Source: an uncultured Chloroflexia bacterium (GTDB taxonomy: Bacteria > Chloroflexota > Limnocylindria > Limnocylindrales > CSP1-4). From it: a stretch of DNA of 64,000 nucleotides. The notes under the pieces were generated by a model. That model was not told the DNA's origin. It searched no databases and saw nothing but the letters and a program-made list of their open reading frames with translations. A program made the translations under genes and the position numbers. The stretch lies in contig CAWDUR010000015.1 of assembly GCA_963805585.1 (NCBI GenBank), positions 256-64,255 of the forward strand, given 5' to 3'. Shown piece by piece: positions 44,570-56,363 of this stretch. Numbering within the stretch: position 1 is the first letter of the stretch; the number at the start of each line of letters is the position of its first letter.

Positions 44570-44586
44570 TGGGGGAAGAGGATCGG

Positions 44587-45363
44587 TCACGACCGCGGGC
44601 CTGGTTCGCCTCCGCCGTCCCATCCGGCGTTCGAGAAGGTGGGGATGAAGCGGTAGCCCTGGCGGGGCACTGTGGCGATGAAGCGCGGCTGCCGATAGTC
44701 ATCCTGCAGCTTGACGCGCAGGCTGCGGATGTGGCGATCCACGACGTTGCTCTCGGCCACGAAGTCGGTGCCCCAGATGGCATCGAGGATCTCATCGCGC
44801 GTTACGACCCGTCCGCCACGACTGGCTAGCAGGTAGAGCAGGCTCTGCTCGATCCCGCTCAGGTGGACGACGGCGTCGCCGGCACGCACCTGGCGATCGA
44901 CGATGTCGATCTCGATCTCGCCGAGCCGGATGGTGGGCACGATGGGCCGACTTGTCCCGGTGGCGCGACGCGTGATGACGACGGAGCGCGCGAGCAGCTC
45001 TTCGGGCGAGAAGGGAACCGTCAGGATGTCGTCGACCCCGAGGTCGAAGGCCCGCAGCTTGGTCTTGAGGTCGCCCCGCCGGGTGAGACCCAGGACCGGC
45101 GTGACGCTCCGTGTCAGCGTGTTCGAGGCGCCGACGCGCCCGAGTAGGGCGGTGCTGTCGTCATGGTCCATGTCGACCACCGCGAGGTGTGGCTGCCACT
45201 CGGACAGGATGGCGTTCGCCTCGGCCAGGCTGTGCGCGGCCCGCACGACGAAGAGGCCGTGGTTCAGCGTCAGCTCGATGAGGTCCACGACCAGCGGGCG
45301 ATCGTGGAGCACCAGGGCGCGGAGCGATCCACCCGAGCGGGCTTGCTCGTGACCCACAGTCAT
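44587..45363 (-). CDS. Orphan OmpR/PhoB-type response regulator with an atypical receiver domain
   Basis: C-terminal wHTH: LSGIEQSLLYLL..VVTRDEILDAIWG..NVVDRHIRSLRVKL..IATVPRQGYRF. The receiver has LVLHDRP (not DD) and ILTVPF (conserved Lys replaced by Val). No kinase gene is adjacent. Confidence 0.8.
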   Translation of the reverse strand: MTVGHEQARSGGSLRALVLHDRPLVVDLIELTLNHGLFVVRAAHSLAEANAILSEWQPHLAVVDMDHDDSTALLGRVGASNTLTRSVTPVLGLTRRGDLKTKLRAFDLGVDDILTVPFSPEELLARSVVITRRATGTSRPIVPTIRLGEIEIDIVDRQVRAGDAVVHLSGIEQSLLYLLASRGGRVVTRDEILDAIWGTDFVAESNVVDRHIRSLRVKLQDDYRQPRFIATVPRQGYRFIPTFSNAGWDGGGEPGPRS

Positions 45364-45689
45364 AGCTCGTCCCTCCGAGCGGTCCATCCCGACGCCAACC
45401 CCCGGCAGGACTCCGCCCCCGAGCGGGGATCCCGACGGAGCCACCTCGCAGGCCGTCGGACGACGTCGATTCTAGCGGCTGAGCTCCCGGGACCGAGGGA
45501 CGTCAGTCGAACTCCTGTTCCCTCGCAGTGACCGAACGACTCGGTGCGAGCGGCCGCCAGCTTCCACCATCAGATGACGGCTTGTCATGACGACACGGTG
45601 CCCGGCCCGCATCGTCCGTCAGGTACTCACTGCGAGGGTCGGTCCATCGACCGCGCTCCGTACGCACTCTCGAGAAGGAGACATCTCCG

Positions 45690-46399
45690 ATGGCAGCTTC
45701 GAAGCGGCCCCGTCTCATCACCGCCGCAGCCCTGGGCGCAGTCATGCTCATGGCGCTGGCGGCACCCGCCCAAGGCGTCAGGATCCCCGAGGGCGGCATC
45801 GTGCCACCTGGCAGCACCTTCGTCATCCACTTCCAGGTCCACGAGGGCTGTGACGGGAGCCCGACCGATACCCTCGAGGTCACCATCCCGGCAGTCCGTG
45901 GAGAACCCCATCCCCGAGGCCGTGCCGGGCTGGGTGGTGGAGACCGAGACCAGCCACGACCGACGGACAGGAGGGCGTGGACGCCGAACCGCGGATCTCG
46001 CTCGTGCGCTGGACCGGTGGCCCACTCGAGGACGGCCAGTTCCTCGAGTTCGGCCTGCGGCTCCGCTTCCCGGACGACCCGGGTGCCGTCCTGGAGTTCC
46101 CCGTCACGCAGCGCTGCGGGGAGCTCGAGCAGGCGTGGACGGGTGCGGACGAAGCGTTCCCTGTCCCGACCGTGGTGCTCGCGGAGCGACTCAGCGAACG
46201 CGACCTCATCGCCCTCAACGCGTCGCTAGATGAGCTGGTGACCGAGGTCAAGGACCTTCGGACCCAGATGGGTGACGTGGACGCAGCCAATCTCCGTTCA
46301 CGCGTCACGGACAGCGAGTCGGCCACCGATGAGATGTTGAAGCGCCTCGATAGGTTGGCAGAGCGCCTTAGCGTCCTGGAGGAGGCGGCGCAGGGATAG
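45690..46399 (+). pseudogene. YcnI/DUF1775-like secreted protein with a C-terminal coiled-coil, two frame changes
   Basis: Signal-like MAASKRPRLITAAALGAVMLMALAAPAQG. FVIHFQVHEG..TDTLEVTIP; then ENPIPEAVPGWVVETE; then ISLVRWTGGPLEDGQFLEFGLRLRFP..QRCGELEQAW..PVPTVVL, followed by a heptad-like tail. The mature N-terminus reads VRIP, with no His. Confidence 0.55.
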
Positions 46400-46412
46400 A
46401 CGACAGGATGAC

Positions 46413-46447
46413 CCCCTCGCGATCGGGGTGGGCCCGACCGCGAGGGG
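46413..46447 (+). terminator. GC-rich hairpin after the YcnI-like gene
   Basis: CCCCTCGCG / 17-nt loop (with an inner CGGG/CCCG pair) / CGCGAGGGG. No U-tract. Confidence 0.35.
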
Positions 46448-46639
46448 CCATCCGACCGTGTCTGAAGAAGGCACCCCACATGTCCCACCCGCCAGGGCGC
46501 GTGGAGCGGACCATCCGACCACGTCTCATCGACCGATCCCAGGGCGTCGACGGGCGTCACGGCGTAGCAGAGGCCTCAGCGACGCGCTGAGGATCGCACA
46601 TGAGATCGATCCGACGTATCCGCGGCTCGGCCGACCAGT

Positions 46640-49600
46640 GTGCGCGGGCCGGTCGCCTCCCCGGACGACCTCGACGAGCCGATCCTCGCAGAGCTCTTCA
46701 GCATCGAGCGGCTTGAGCAGCATGGCGCGTCGCTCGCCGCCGCACAGGCGATCACCGACGATCCTCGCCGCGGACACGCCCTTCGGCCCCGCGTCACCGA
46801 GAATGGGCGCGTCCTGCTCGCCTCCTACCGCGCACTGGCACGTGCCATCAAGGACGAGCGCGCGATCACGCCAGCCGCTGAATGGCTCGTCGACAACTTC
46901 CACATCGTCGACGAGCAGCTGCGCGAGATCCGCGATGATCTGCCCGCGGACTACTACCGCGAGCTGCCCAAGCTCGCCGAGGGCCATCTCCAGGGGTATC
47001 CCCGGGTCGTCGGTCTGGCGTGGGCGTACGTCGCTCACACCGACAGCCGCTTCGACGCGGAGAGCCTGCACCGTTTCGTGGACGCCTACCAGCGGGTCGA
47101 GCCGCTGACGATCGGGGAGCTCTGGGCCATCGCCATCAGCCTGCGCATCGTCCTGGTCGAGAACCTGCGCCGCCTGGCTGAGTCGATCGTCCGGGGCCGC
47201 GACGCTCGGCAGAAGGCGAACGAGCTCGCCGACGGCCTGCTCGGCCTGCGGAAGGAGCGGCCCGAGCTCACCGCGTCATCGCTGCGCCGGCTCGCCGACA
47301 CGGCGCTGTCGACACCCGGCCAGGTCCAGCTGTTCCAGCGGCTGCGCGACCAGGACCCGGCAGTCACGCCCGCACTCGGCTGGCTCGAGGAGCTCGTCGC
47401 GGCGCGCGGCACCAGCGCCGAGGAGATCGTCCGCCTCGAGCACCAGCGCCAGGCGGCCATGAACGTGACCGTCCGCAACGTCATCACCAGCATGCGCCTC
47501 ATCTCCTGGTTCGATTGGGCCGAGTTCGTGGAGGGCCTCAGCCTCGTGGACAGAGGTCCTCCGCGACGGCAGCTCGTTCGGGAGCATGGACTTCGCCACG
47601 CGAGACCGGTACCGGCACGCCATCGAGAAGCTCGCGCGGCGCTCGGGCCGGACCGAGGTGGAGGTGGCCCGCACGGCGATGCTGTTGGCTGCGGCGCCCG
47701 GCGCGGTCGATGATGCCGACGCATGGGGCTGGCCGGGCTGGCGCGGATGGCACGCAAGCCGCTCCCGGCGTGCCCCAGGGCACGGAGGAGGAGTCATCCG
47801 CACCAGCGAGCGGGACCACCTGGGGCGTGGACGACAGCCTCCGACCCCGACAGGCCGACGCCGTGACGCGGGCCGCTACCTGATCTCCGACGGGCGACCC
47901 TCGCTCGAGCAGGCGCTCGGGTGCCGCGTGCCGTGGACCGAGCGCCTGCGGCGCGCCTTCATGCGCATGGCCACGGTGGGCTATCTCGGCACGGTGGCGT
48001 CCGTCACCGCCATCGTCCTCGCGCTCCCCCTCTGGTCGGCGGCAGCGAGCGGCGCGACCGATCTGCTCCTGCTGGCCATGGCGATCCTGGCCCTCATCCC
48101 GGCGTCTGACGTCGCTGTGGCCCTGACCAACTGGCTGGTGACGCATCTCGTCGGCCCACGACCGCTTCCGAGGCTGGAGCTGGCCGGCGGTGTGCCGTCC
48201 GAGCTCCGGACGCTCGTCGTGGTCCCGACGCTCCTCGCCGACGAGGCGGACATCGAGGCGCAGGTGAGCCTCCTGGAGGTCCAGTACCTGGCGAACGCCG
48301 AAGGCGATCTGCGCTTCGCGCTGCTCACCGATTGGCTGGACGCACCGGACGAGCAGGGTCCCCGGTGACGAGGCCCTGCTGGCCGCGGCGACCGCTTCCA
48401 TCGATCGACTGAATGCCCGTCACGGCGAGGCCCCCGGGGGCGGGGCCCGCTTCCTGCTCTTCCACCGCGAACGCCGCTGGAACGCAGCCCAGGGCGTCTG
48501 GATGGGCTGGGAACGCAAGCGCGGCAAGCTCCACGAGCTCAACGCCCTGCTGCGTGGCTCTGCCGACACCTCCATCCTGGTCACGGGGCGACCCTCGTCG
48601 ATGCCCCCGAGCGGCGTTCGCTACGTCATCACGCTCGATTCCGACACTCGACTGCCTCGGGGCGCCGCCGCACGTCTTGTGGGGACGATGGCGCACCCGC
48701 TGAACCGTCCGGTGTTCGACGCGCACGCCGGAAGGGTCGTGGACGGACACGCCATCTTGCAGCCTCGGGTCACCGCGACGCTGCCTGCCGAGCACGAGGC
48801 ATCCATCTTCCAGCGTGTCTACTCGGGCTCCGCGGGCATCGATCCCGTACGCGTCCGCGGTCTCCGACGTCTACCAGGATCTCTTCGGTGAGGGCACCTA
48901 CACCGGCAAGGGGATCTACGACCTCGACGTCTTCGAGCAGGCGCTGGCCGATCGCGCACCCGAGAACACGCTGCTGAGCCACGACCTGCTGGAGGGCACC
49001 TTCGCCCGGGCGGGCCTGGTCACCGACATCGAGCTCTTCGACGAGTCACCGTCGCGCTACCAGGAGGCGGTGGCACGCCAGCACCGCTGGGCACGAGGAG
49101 ACTGGCAGCTCCTGCCCTGGATCCTGGGCCGGCCACATGGCGCGACGGGCCGGCCGAGCCAGATCCCCGGCATCGCGCGCTGGAAGATGATCGACAACCT
49201 GCGCCGAACGCTCTTCGCGCCATCGGCGCTGGTGACGCTCCTGGCGGCCTGGACGCTGCCCTCGGCGTCAGCCGGGCTGTGGACCGGGCTCATCCTGGCC
49301 TCGATGCTCGTGCCAGCCTCGCTGCCGGTGCTGGCGGGACTGCTGCCGCGGCGGCGAGGGATCTCGAAGCGCAGTCACCTGCGGGCCGTGGCCACGGACC
49401 TGGTCCTCGCCGCCGCCCACGTGGCACTCGGCATCACCTTCCTCGCCCATCAGGCCGTGTTGATGCTGGACGCCATCCTGAGAACGCTCGCTGCGGGTCT
49501 ACCTCACTCACCGCGATCTGCTCGAGTGGATGACCGCAGCCCACGCCAAGGCCCGTCACGACCTCGACCTCGCGGGGTCCTATCGATCGATGGCCGGCGG

Positions 49601-52600
49601 GGTCGGTCATCGCGGTCGCGTCAGGGTTCCTCGTCCTCGTCCTGAAGCCGTCAGCGGCCCTGATCGCGGCGCCGTTCGTCATCCTCTGGCTGCTCTCGCC
49701 GCTGGTGGCCAGATGGGTCAGCCTGACGCCTCGGGAGTCGACCGACCGCGAGCTCTCGGACGCCGATGCCCGGACGCTGCGTCTCATCGGCCGACGCACC
49801 TGGCGCTTCTTCGAGACGTTCGTGACCCCTGAGGACCACGGCCTGCCACCCGACAACTACCAGGAGGAGCCCGAGCCTGTCGTCGCGCACCGGACGTCGC
49901 CGACCAACATCGGCATGTACCTGCTCTCGACCGTCACCGCCCGGGACATGGGGTGGATCGGCACCCGCGAGATGGCGGAACGACTCGAGGCGACCCTCGC
50001 GACGGTCGGTCGCCTCGAACGGCTGCACGGCCACCTGTACAACTGGTACGACACACGCGACCTGCGGCCGCTCGAGCCGGCCTACCTGTCGTCGGTCGAT
50101 AGCGGCAACTTCTGCGGGCACCTGCTGGCGTTGTCCAACGCCTGCCGCGAGATGCTCGACCAACCACTCCCGGTCGCGGCGGCACTGGCCGGGATCGACG
50201 ACGCGATCGGGCTGACACGGCAGGCGGCGGACGCCATCGTCGACGGCCGACGAAGCGAGAGCGTCACCCGCCGAGATCTCGACGATGCCCTCGAGCCATT
50301 CGCGGAGTCACTGCAGTCCGCTCCGACGACGCCCGGGGCGTGGGTCGCACGCGCTGACCCTGCTCTCGACACAGACCCGGACACTCGCTGACGTCGCTCG
50401 GGCCTTCATGGCGGACCGCGCAGGGGGAGCACAGAGCGAGCTGGTGACCTGGGCGGAAGCCGCGCAGCGGACGGTTTCCAGCCACGCCCGGGACCTCGAG
50501 ACGATCGTGTCGAGCGGTGACTTCATCGGCACCGAGGTCACCCCGACCATCGCGGAGCCAGAGGTCCCGGCATCGGCCAGCCCGGCGATTCGGTCGACCA
50601 GCAGCGCGCGGCCTTCCCCACGCTGCTCCAGTCGCGGGGCCAGACCGCCCTGCGTCCTGGTGATGTCGCACCGACGGCAGCGACGCTCGTGCGATCGCTC
50701 CAGGGCATCGCCGAGGAGGCCCAGCGACTCTTCCGGGAGACGGACTTCCAGCTTCCTCTTCGTGCCCTCTCGGAAGCTCTTCTCCATCGGCTACCGGGTC
50801 AGGGACGGGAGCCTCGATCCGAACTGCTACGACCTCCTGGCGTCCGAGGCTCGCCTGACCAGCTTCCTCGCCATCGCCAAGGGCGATGTCGACGCGTCCC
50901 ACTGGTTCCGGCTGGGCCGCCCGCTGACGCCGATCGGCCGCGGTTCCGCGCTCGTCTCCTGGTCGGGCTCCATGTTCGAGTACCTGATGCCCGCGCTCGT
51001 GATGCGCGCACCGATGGCTGAGCCTGCTCGGCCACACCTACCGCCTGGTCGTGGCGCGGCAGATGGCGTACGCCGCCGACCGCGGCGTGCCCTGGGGCAT
51101 CTCGGAATCGGGGTTCAATGCGCGCGACCTCGAGGGCACGTACCAGTACTCGAGCTTCGGCGTGCCGGGCCTCGGCCTGAAGCGGGGCCTCGGCGAGGAC
51201 CTCGTGGTGGCCCCGTACGCCACCGCCTTGGGCGCCATGATCGAGCCCGAAGCAGCGGTCAGGAACCTCGCCCGCCTGAGTGACGCCGGAGCGAACGGCC
51301 GATACGGGTTCCGGGAGGCGCTCGACTACACCAGGCGACGACTCCCGGAGGACACGACCGTGGCAGTCGTGAACAGCTACATGGCGCACCACCAGGGGAT
51401 GTCGCTGGTGGCGATCGGGAATGTCCTCCATGACGGTGCGATGGTCAGGCGCTTCCATGCCGAGCCGATGGTCCAGGCCACCGAGCTGCTCCTGCAGGAG
51501 CGGATGCCCCGCGACGTCCTGGTCGCGCGACTGCGCTCGGAGGAGGTCAAGAGCGACGCGGACGTCCGCGATCTCGTGCCGCCGGTCCTCCGCCGCTTCA
51601 CGTCTCCGAGCGACCCGATACCGCGCACCCACGTGCTGTCGAACGGCCGCTACGCGGTCATGGTCACGGCCGCGGGGTCCGGATACAGCCGCTGGGGGGA
51701 CGTCGCCGTGTCGCGCTGGCGCGAGGATGTGACACGCGATCCGTGGGGCATGTATCTCTACCTGCGCGACTCGAGCAATGGTGACGTGTGGTCCGCAGGC
51801 CATCAGCCGACGTGTGTGGAAGCCGACAGCTACGAGGCCAGCTACTCGGAGGATCGCGCGGAGTTCTCGCGTCGCGATGGTTCGATCACCACGGAGCTGA
51901 GCGTCATCGTCTCGGCCGAGGATGACGCGGAGATCCGCCGCGTGTCCCTGACCAACCTCGGCTCTCGCAGCCGTGAGATCGAGCTGACGTCATACGCCGA
52001 GATCGCCCTGGCGCCGCAGGCCGCCGACGTCGCTCATCCGGCGTTCCAGAACCTCTTCGTGCAGACGGAGTTCGTCCCCGAGATCGGCGCGCTGGTAGCG
52101 ACCCGCCGTCCCAGGTCCGCGGGCGAGCGGCAGATCTGGGCCGCGCACGTCTCGGCGCTCGAGGATCAGGCCGGCGAGGCCGTCCAATTCGAGACGGATC
52201 GCGCTCGCTTCCTGGGCCGCGGTCGATCGGTTCGCAGCCCCGCGTCCGTCGTCGACGGACGCCCCCTCTCCAACACTGTCGGAGCGGTGCTGGATCCGGT
52301 CTTCAGCCTCCGTCGCCGGGTGCGACTCACGCCCGGTGGCACCGTCCACGTGATCTTCTCCACAATGGTCGCGGAGTCACGGGACGCGGTGCTGGACCTG
52401 GCTGACAAGTATCGAGAACCGGCTACCTTCGATCGGGCCCTGACCTTGGCCTGGACGCAGGCCCAGGTCCAGCTGCATCACCTGGGCATCGAAACCGATG
52501 AGGCGCACCTGTTCCAGCGGCTCGCCAATCGGCTCATCTACTCGGACCCGTCGCTGCGGCCGACGGCGGGGGTGATGGCACGCAACGAACGTGGGGCATC

Positions 52601-55600
52601 CGGACTCTGGGCCCGAGGCATCTCCGGCGATGTGCCGATCGTCGTGGTCCGGATCGACGGTCCAGACGATCTGGACATCGTCCGACAGCTACTGCGCGCC
52701 CATGAGTACTGGCACCTGAAGCTTCTGACCGTCGACCTCGTCATCGTGAACGAGCAGGGAGTGTCGTATGCCCAGGACCTCCAGGAGGCGCTCGAGACCC
52801 TCGTCCGGACAAGCCAGTCGGCCCTGGCGCACGAGGGTCCTGACGGTCACGGTGGCGTCCACATCCTGCGTGGCGACCTGCTCGCCATCGAAGACCGGAC
52901 GCTGCTCCAGACGGCGGCTCGTGCCGTCCTGCTGAGCCGGCGGGGCAGCTTGGCCGAGCAGGTCATCCGCCTGGAACGGCCCGGTCGGCACCACCCCGGA
53001 ACGCCACCGCAGCCCGCTCCATCGCCGGCCCGGGCGGAGGTCCTGCAGACCGCGGCGCGGTCCGTGCTGCGAACCCGGCTGGGCAGCCTGGCCGAGCAGG
53101 TCAGCCGCCTGGAACGGCCCGGTCGGACCGGTCCATCGACACCAGCGCCCGGCTCGGCCTGGGGCCGGACGACGGCGACGCAGATCACGGACCTGGAGTC
53201 CTTCAACGGCCTGGGTGGCTTCGCCGAAGACGGGCGGGAGTACGTCATCGTCCTGGGTCCGGGACAGGAGACGCCGGCACCCTGGCTCAACGTCGTCGCC
53301 AACCGCTCATTCGGCTTCCAGGTCTCCGAATCCGGTTCCGGCTACACGTGGGCGGAGAACAGCCGGGAGAACCAGCTCACGCCGTGGTCGAACGACCCCG
53401 TGAGCGACCCTGTGGGTGAGGCGATCTACATCCGGGACGATGACAGCGGCGAGCTGTGGGGCCCGTCGGCGCTGCCGATCCGATGGGACGGATCGACGTA
53501 CGTCGCCCGGCATGGCCCTGGCTACAGTCGCTTCGAGCATGAGCGCGACGGCATCGGGCTCGCGCTGGTCCAGTTCGTGCCCCTCGACGACCCGTTGAAG
53601 GTCTCACTGCTGGCCATCGAGAATCGTTCCGGCCGCACCAGGCGCCTGTCCGTGACCGCCTTTGCGGAATGGACCCTGGGGACCTCTCGAGGAGCGGCCG
53701 CGCCGTACGTCGTCACGGCGCTCGAGCCCGGGACGGGCGCGCTCCTGGCGCGCAACCCGTGGAACACCGAGTTCGGGAGCCGGATGGCCTTCCTGGACCT
53801 GGGAGGGCTCCAGACTGCCTGGACGGCCGATCGAACCGAGTTCCTCGGCCGCAATGGGGCACCCGACGCACCCGTGGGCCTCGCTGCGGGGCACGCTCTC
53901 TCAGGCACCGTTGGCGCCGGGCTGGATCCATGCGGCGTGCTCCAGACCAGCTTCGAGCTGTCCCCGGGGGCTCGTGCCGATGTCCTGGTCCTCCTCGGGC
54001 AGGCCGCCAACGCCACGCTCGCTGCCGATGTGATCCGGCGCCATCGAGCCATCGATCACCGGCAGACCCTGCGCGCGGTGGCGGATCACTGGGACGGCGT
54101 CCTTGGCACCGTCCAGGTGAAGACACCCGACCGTTCGATGGACATCATGCTCAACACCTGGCTGCTCTACCAGACGCTGGCCTGCCGAATGTGGGCCCGG
54201 GCCGCCTTCTATCAGGCCGGAGGTGCGTTTGGGTTCCGGGACCAGCTGCAGGATGGCCTCGCGCTCATGACGACCAGTCCGGCCCTGGCACGGGAGCACA
54301 TCGTGCGTTCCGCGGCACGCCAATTCCGAGAGGGGGACGTGCAGCATTGGTGGCATCCCCCCTCAGGTCGCGGGGTGCGGACCAGGATCCTCCGACGATC
54401 GTCTCTGGCTGCCCTACGCGGTCCACCGCTACGTGGCAGCCACCCAGGATGCTGCGATCCTCGAGGAGCGCGTCCCGTTCATCGAGGGACCGGAGCTCAA
54501 GACCGACGACGTGGACGCTTACTTCGAGCCGGAACACTCCGCGGAGACAGGATCCCTGTTCGAGCACTGTGCGCGGGCCATCGACCGGAGCCTGGCCGTC
54601 GGAACTCACGGGCTGCCCCTCATCGGGTCAGGCGATTGGAACGACGGCATGAACCTTGTCGGCGCCGCGGGCCACGGCGAGAGCGTCTGGCTGGGGTGGT
54701 TCCTCCACGCTGTCCTGACCGCCTTCGCGCCCGTCGCCCAGAGCCGCAGTGAGCCTGAGCGTGCGGAACGCTGGCGGGCCCACGCCAAGTCACTCCGACG
54801 TGCGCTCGAGCGCGATGGTTGGGACGGTGACTGGTATCGGCGCGCCTTCTTCGACGACGGCACGCCGCTCGGGTCCGCGGCCAACGCGGAGTGCCGCATC
54901 GATTCGATCGCCCAATCGTGGAGCGTCCTGTCCGGGGCCGCCAACCCTGCTCGCGCTGCGCGCGCGATGGCTGCGGTCGAGCAGTACCTCGTCCGTCGTG
55001 GCGACGAGCTGGTCCTGCTCCTGACACCGCCGTTCGACCGTGCCGATCTCGATCCGGGTTACATCAAGGGGTATCTCCCCGGCGTCCGAGAGAATGGTGG
55101 CCAGTACACCCACGGGGCGGCGTGGTCGGTCCTTGCCTTCGCGGCTCTCGGCCAAGGCGACAAGGCGGCTGAGCTCTTTGCGATGCTGAACCCGATCAAC
55201 CACGCCAGCACGCGGGCCGGGGTCCATCGCTACAAGGTGGAGCCGTACGTCATGGCGGCGGATGTCTACGCGGAGCCGTCACACCTCGGTCGGGGCGGGT
55301 GGACGTGGTACACGGGATCTGCCGGCTGGATGTACCAGGCTGGCGTCGAAGCGATCCTGGGCTTCCGGTTGCGAGGCACGACGCTGGCGCTCGAGCCCTG
55401 TATTCCGCGCGCCTGGCACGGGTATCGGATGGACTTCCGCTACCGGTCCGCCCGGTACCAGATCGTCGTGGACAACCCGCAGGGAGTCAGTCGTGGGGTG
55501 GCATCGATCGCGCTCGATGGGCGGGTCCTGGAGGGTGAGGGTGCCACCATCGCGCTCGCTGATGACGGCGCGACGCACGCGGTGAGGGTCCTGCTTGGCC

Positions 55601-55620
55601 CGTCAGCCACGGCTACATAG
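46640..55620 (+). pseudogene. Cyclic beta-1,2-glucan synthase-like giant protein (Cgs/NdvB/ChvB-type: N-terminal domain + GT84 + TM + alpha/alpha6 glucanase-like + GH94 phosphorylase), at least 10 frame changes, all outside 51051-54385
   Basis: AEWLVDNFHIVDEQLREIRDDLPADYYRELP..LTIGELWAIAISLRIVLVENLRR; LRTLVVVPTLL..; YVITLDSDTRLP..; GKGIYDLDVFE..LLSHDLLEG..RQHRWARGDWQLLPW; RRTWRFFETF..PPDNYQE..HRTSPTNIG..LYNWYD; YDLLASEARL..HWFRLGR..SWSGSMFEYLMP; PWGISESGFN; two GH94 N-terminal modules; GGAFGFRDQLQD..HWWHPPSGRGVRTR..GSGDWNDGMN..ENGGQYTHGA. Confidence 0.8.
52902..53177 (+). repeat. In-frame tandem duplication of 46 codons (138 nt x2) inside the glucan-synthase-like gene
   Basis: LLQTAARAVLLSRRGSLAEQVIRLERPGR.. 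versus VLQTAARSVLRTRLGSLAEQVSRLERPGR... The core GGCCGAGCAGGTCA(T/G)CCGCCTGGAACGGCCCGGTCGG is almost identical at 52952 and 53090; the flanks have diverged. Confidence 0.8.
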
Positions 55621-55689
55621 CTGGCACACCTCGACAACACGGGTCACGTCCGCCAGACCGTTCGTGCATGGCGCACTCCGTAGCCGAAG

Positions 55690-56060
55690 TCCGGAGTCCT
55701 CAATGGCGCTAACCGTCAGATGAGGTGCTGGCTCAGCCGTCCGACCCTGGCCCCGGACGCGCTCGGCGGACCCACCTCCACGTGGCGAAGGGATATCGTT
55801 CGCGTAATCACCGTCACTCGGTCCACCTCCCCAAGGAGAACGTCCACGTCATCGCGTCCCCTATCGGACTGCCGACGATCACCGTCACCGGCGCTGGGGA
55901 CGACTTCTTCTTCGAGGGCGTCATGAAGTACCCCGACGGAGGCGTCTTCAACGTGGTGGGCCTCATCGAGCTGGGCGCTGGCCGGGTCGTCAAGGAGACC
56001 TGGTACTTCGCGGCCCCGTTCGACCCTCCGGCGTGGCGAGCCCGATACGTCGAGGGTTGA
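55690..56060 (+). pseudogene. Decayed NTF2/SnoaL-like (ketosteroid-isomerase-fold) gene remnant
   Basis: The C-terminal part is intact in one frame (FNVVGLIELGAGRVVKETWYFAAPFDPPAWRARYVEG*). An upstream PQGER-like piece lies in another frame. No plausible full-length start. Confidence 0.4.
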
Positions 56061-56363
56061 GTGTCGGACGGAGACGGCCGCGCATGGTGACCGCGCTGCG
56101 CCAGACCCACCCGCGACTCGACGGATGAACGTGTCAAGAGCGGGGTGGCGTATCCACGACGAGGATGCGGTCGACTCGACACATGGCCCGGACTCGACGT
56201 CTGGATGGCAGAGGCCCGGTCAAGTGCTGCTCTTCTGTCCGCTCGTCAAGAGCCTCGATGCCAGCGTCGTGGCGCCGTCCGGCGCAGGGATGGGGTCCGT
56301 TTCATGTCAGGCGGATGACATCGGGCCGGCAGTAGCTGCTGCCGTGGATCTCGTCGGTACCCC

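Noticed and set aside
45364-45689. C-rich hairpin loops in the 326-nt regulator/ycnI intergenic region, reminiscent of actinobacterial 6C-type sRNAs, and an 8-nt palindrome GTCATGAC.
   Set aside because: The loops have only 4-5 C and the two-hairpin 6C architecture is not present. The palindrome is short enough to arise by chance. There is no terminator and no conservation evidence.
46448-46526. A 16-nt imperfect direct repeat (CCATCCGACC(G/A)(T/C)GTCT) 63 nt apart upstream of the giant gene, and an 8-bp hairpin at 46573-46591.
   Set aside because: The match is only 14/16 with no helical phasing or adjacent promoter elements, so I could not distinguish it from chance. It is noted for anyone mapping the promoter of the glucan-synthase-like gene.
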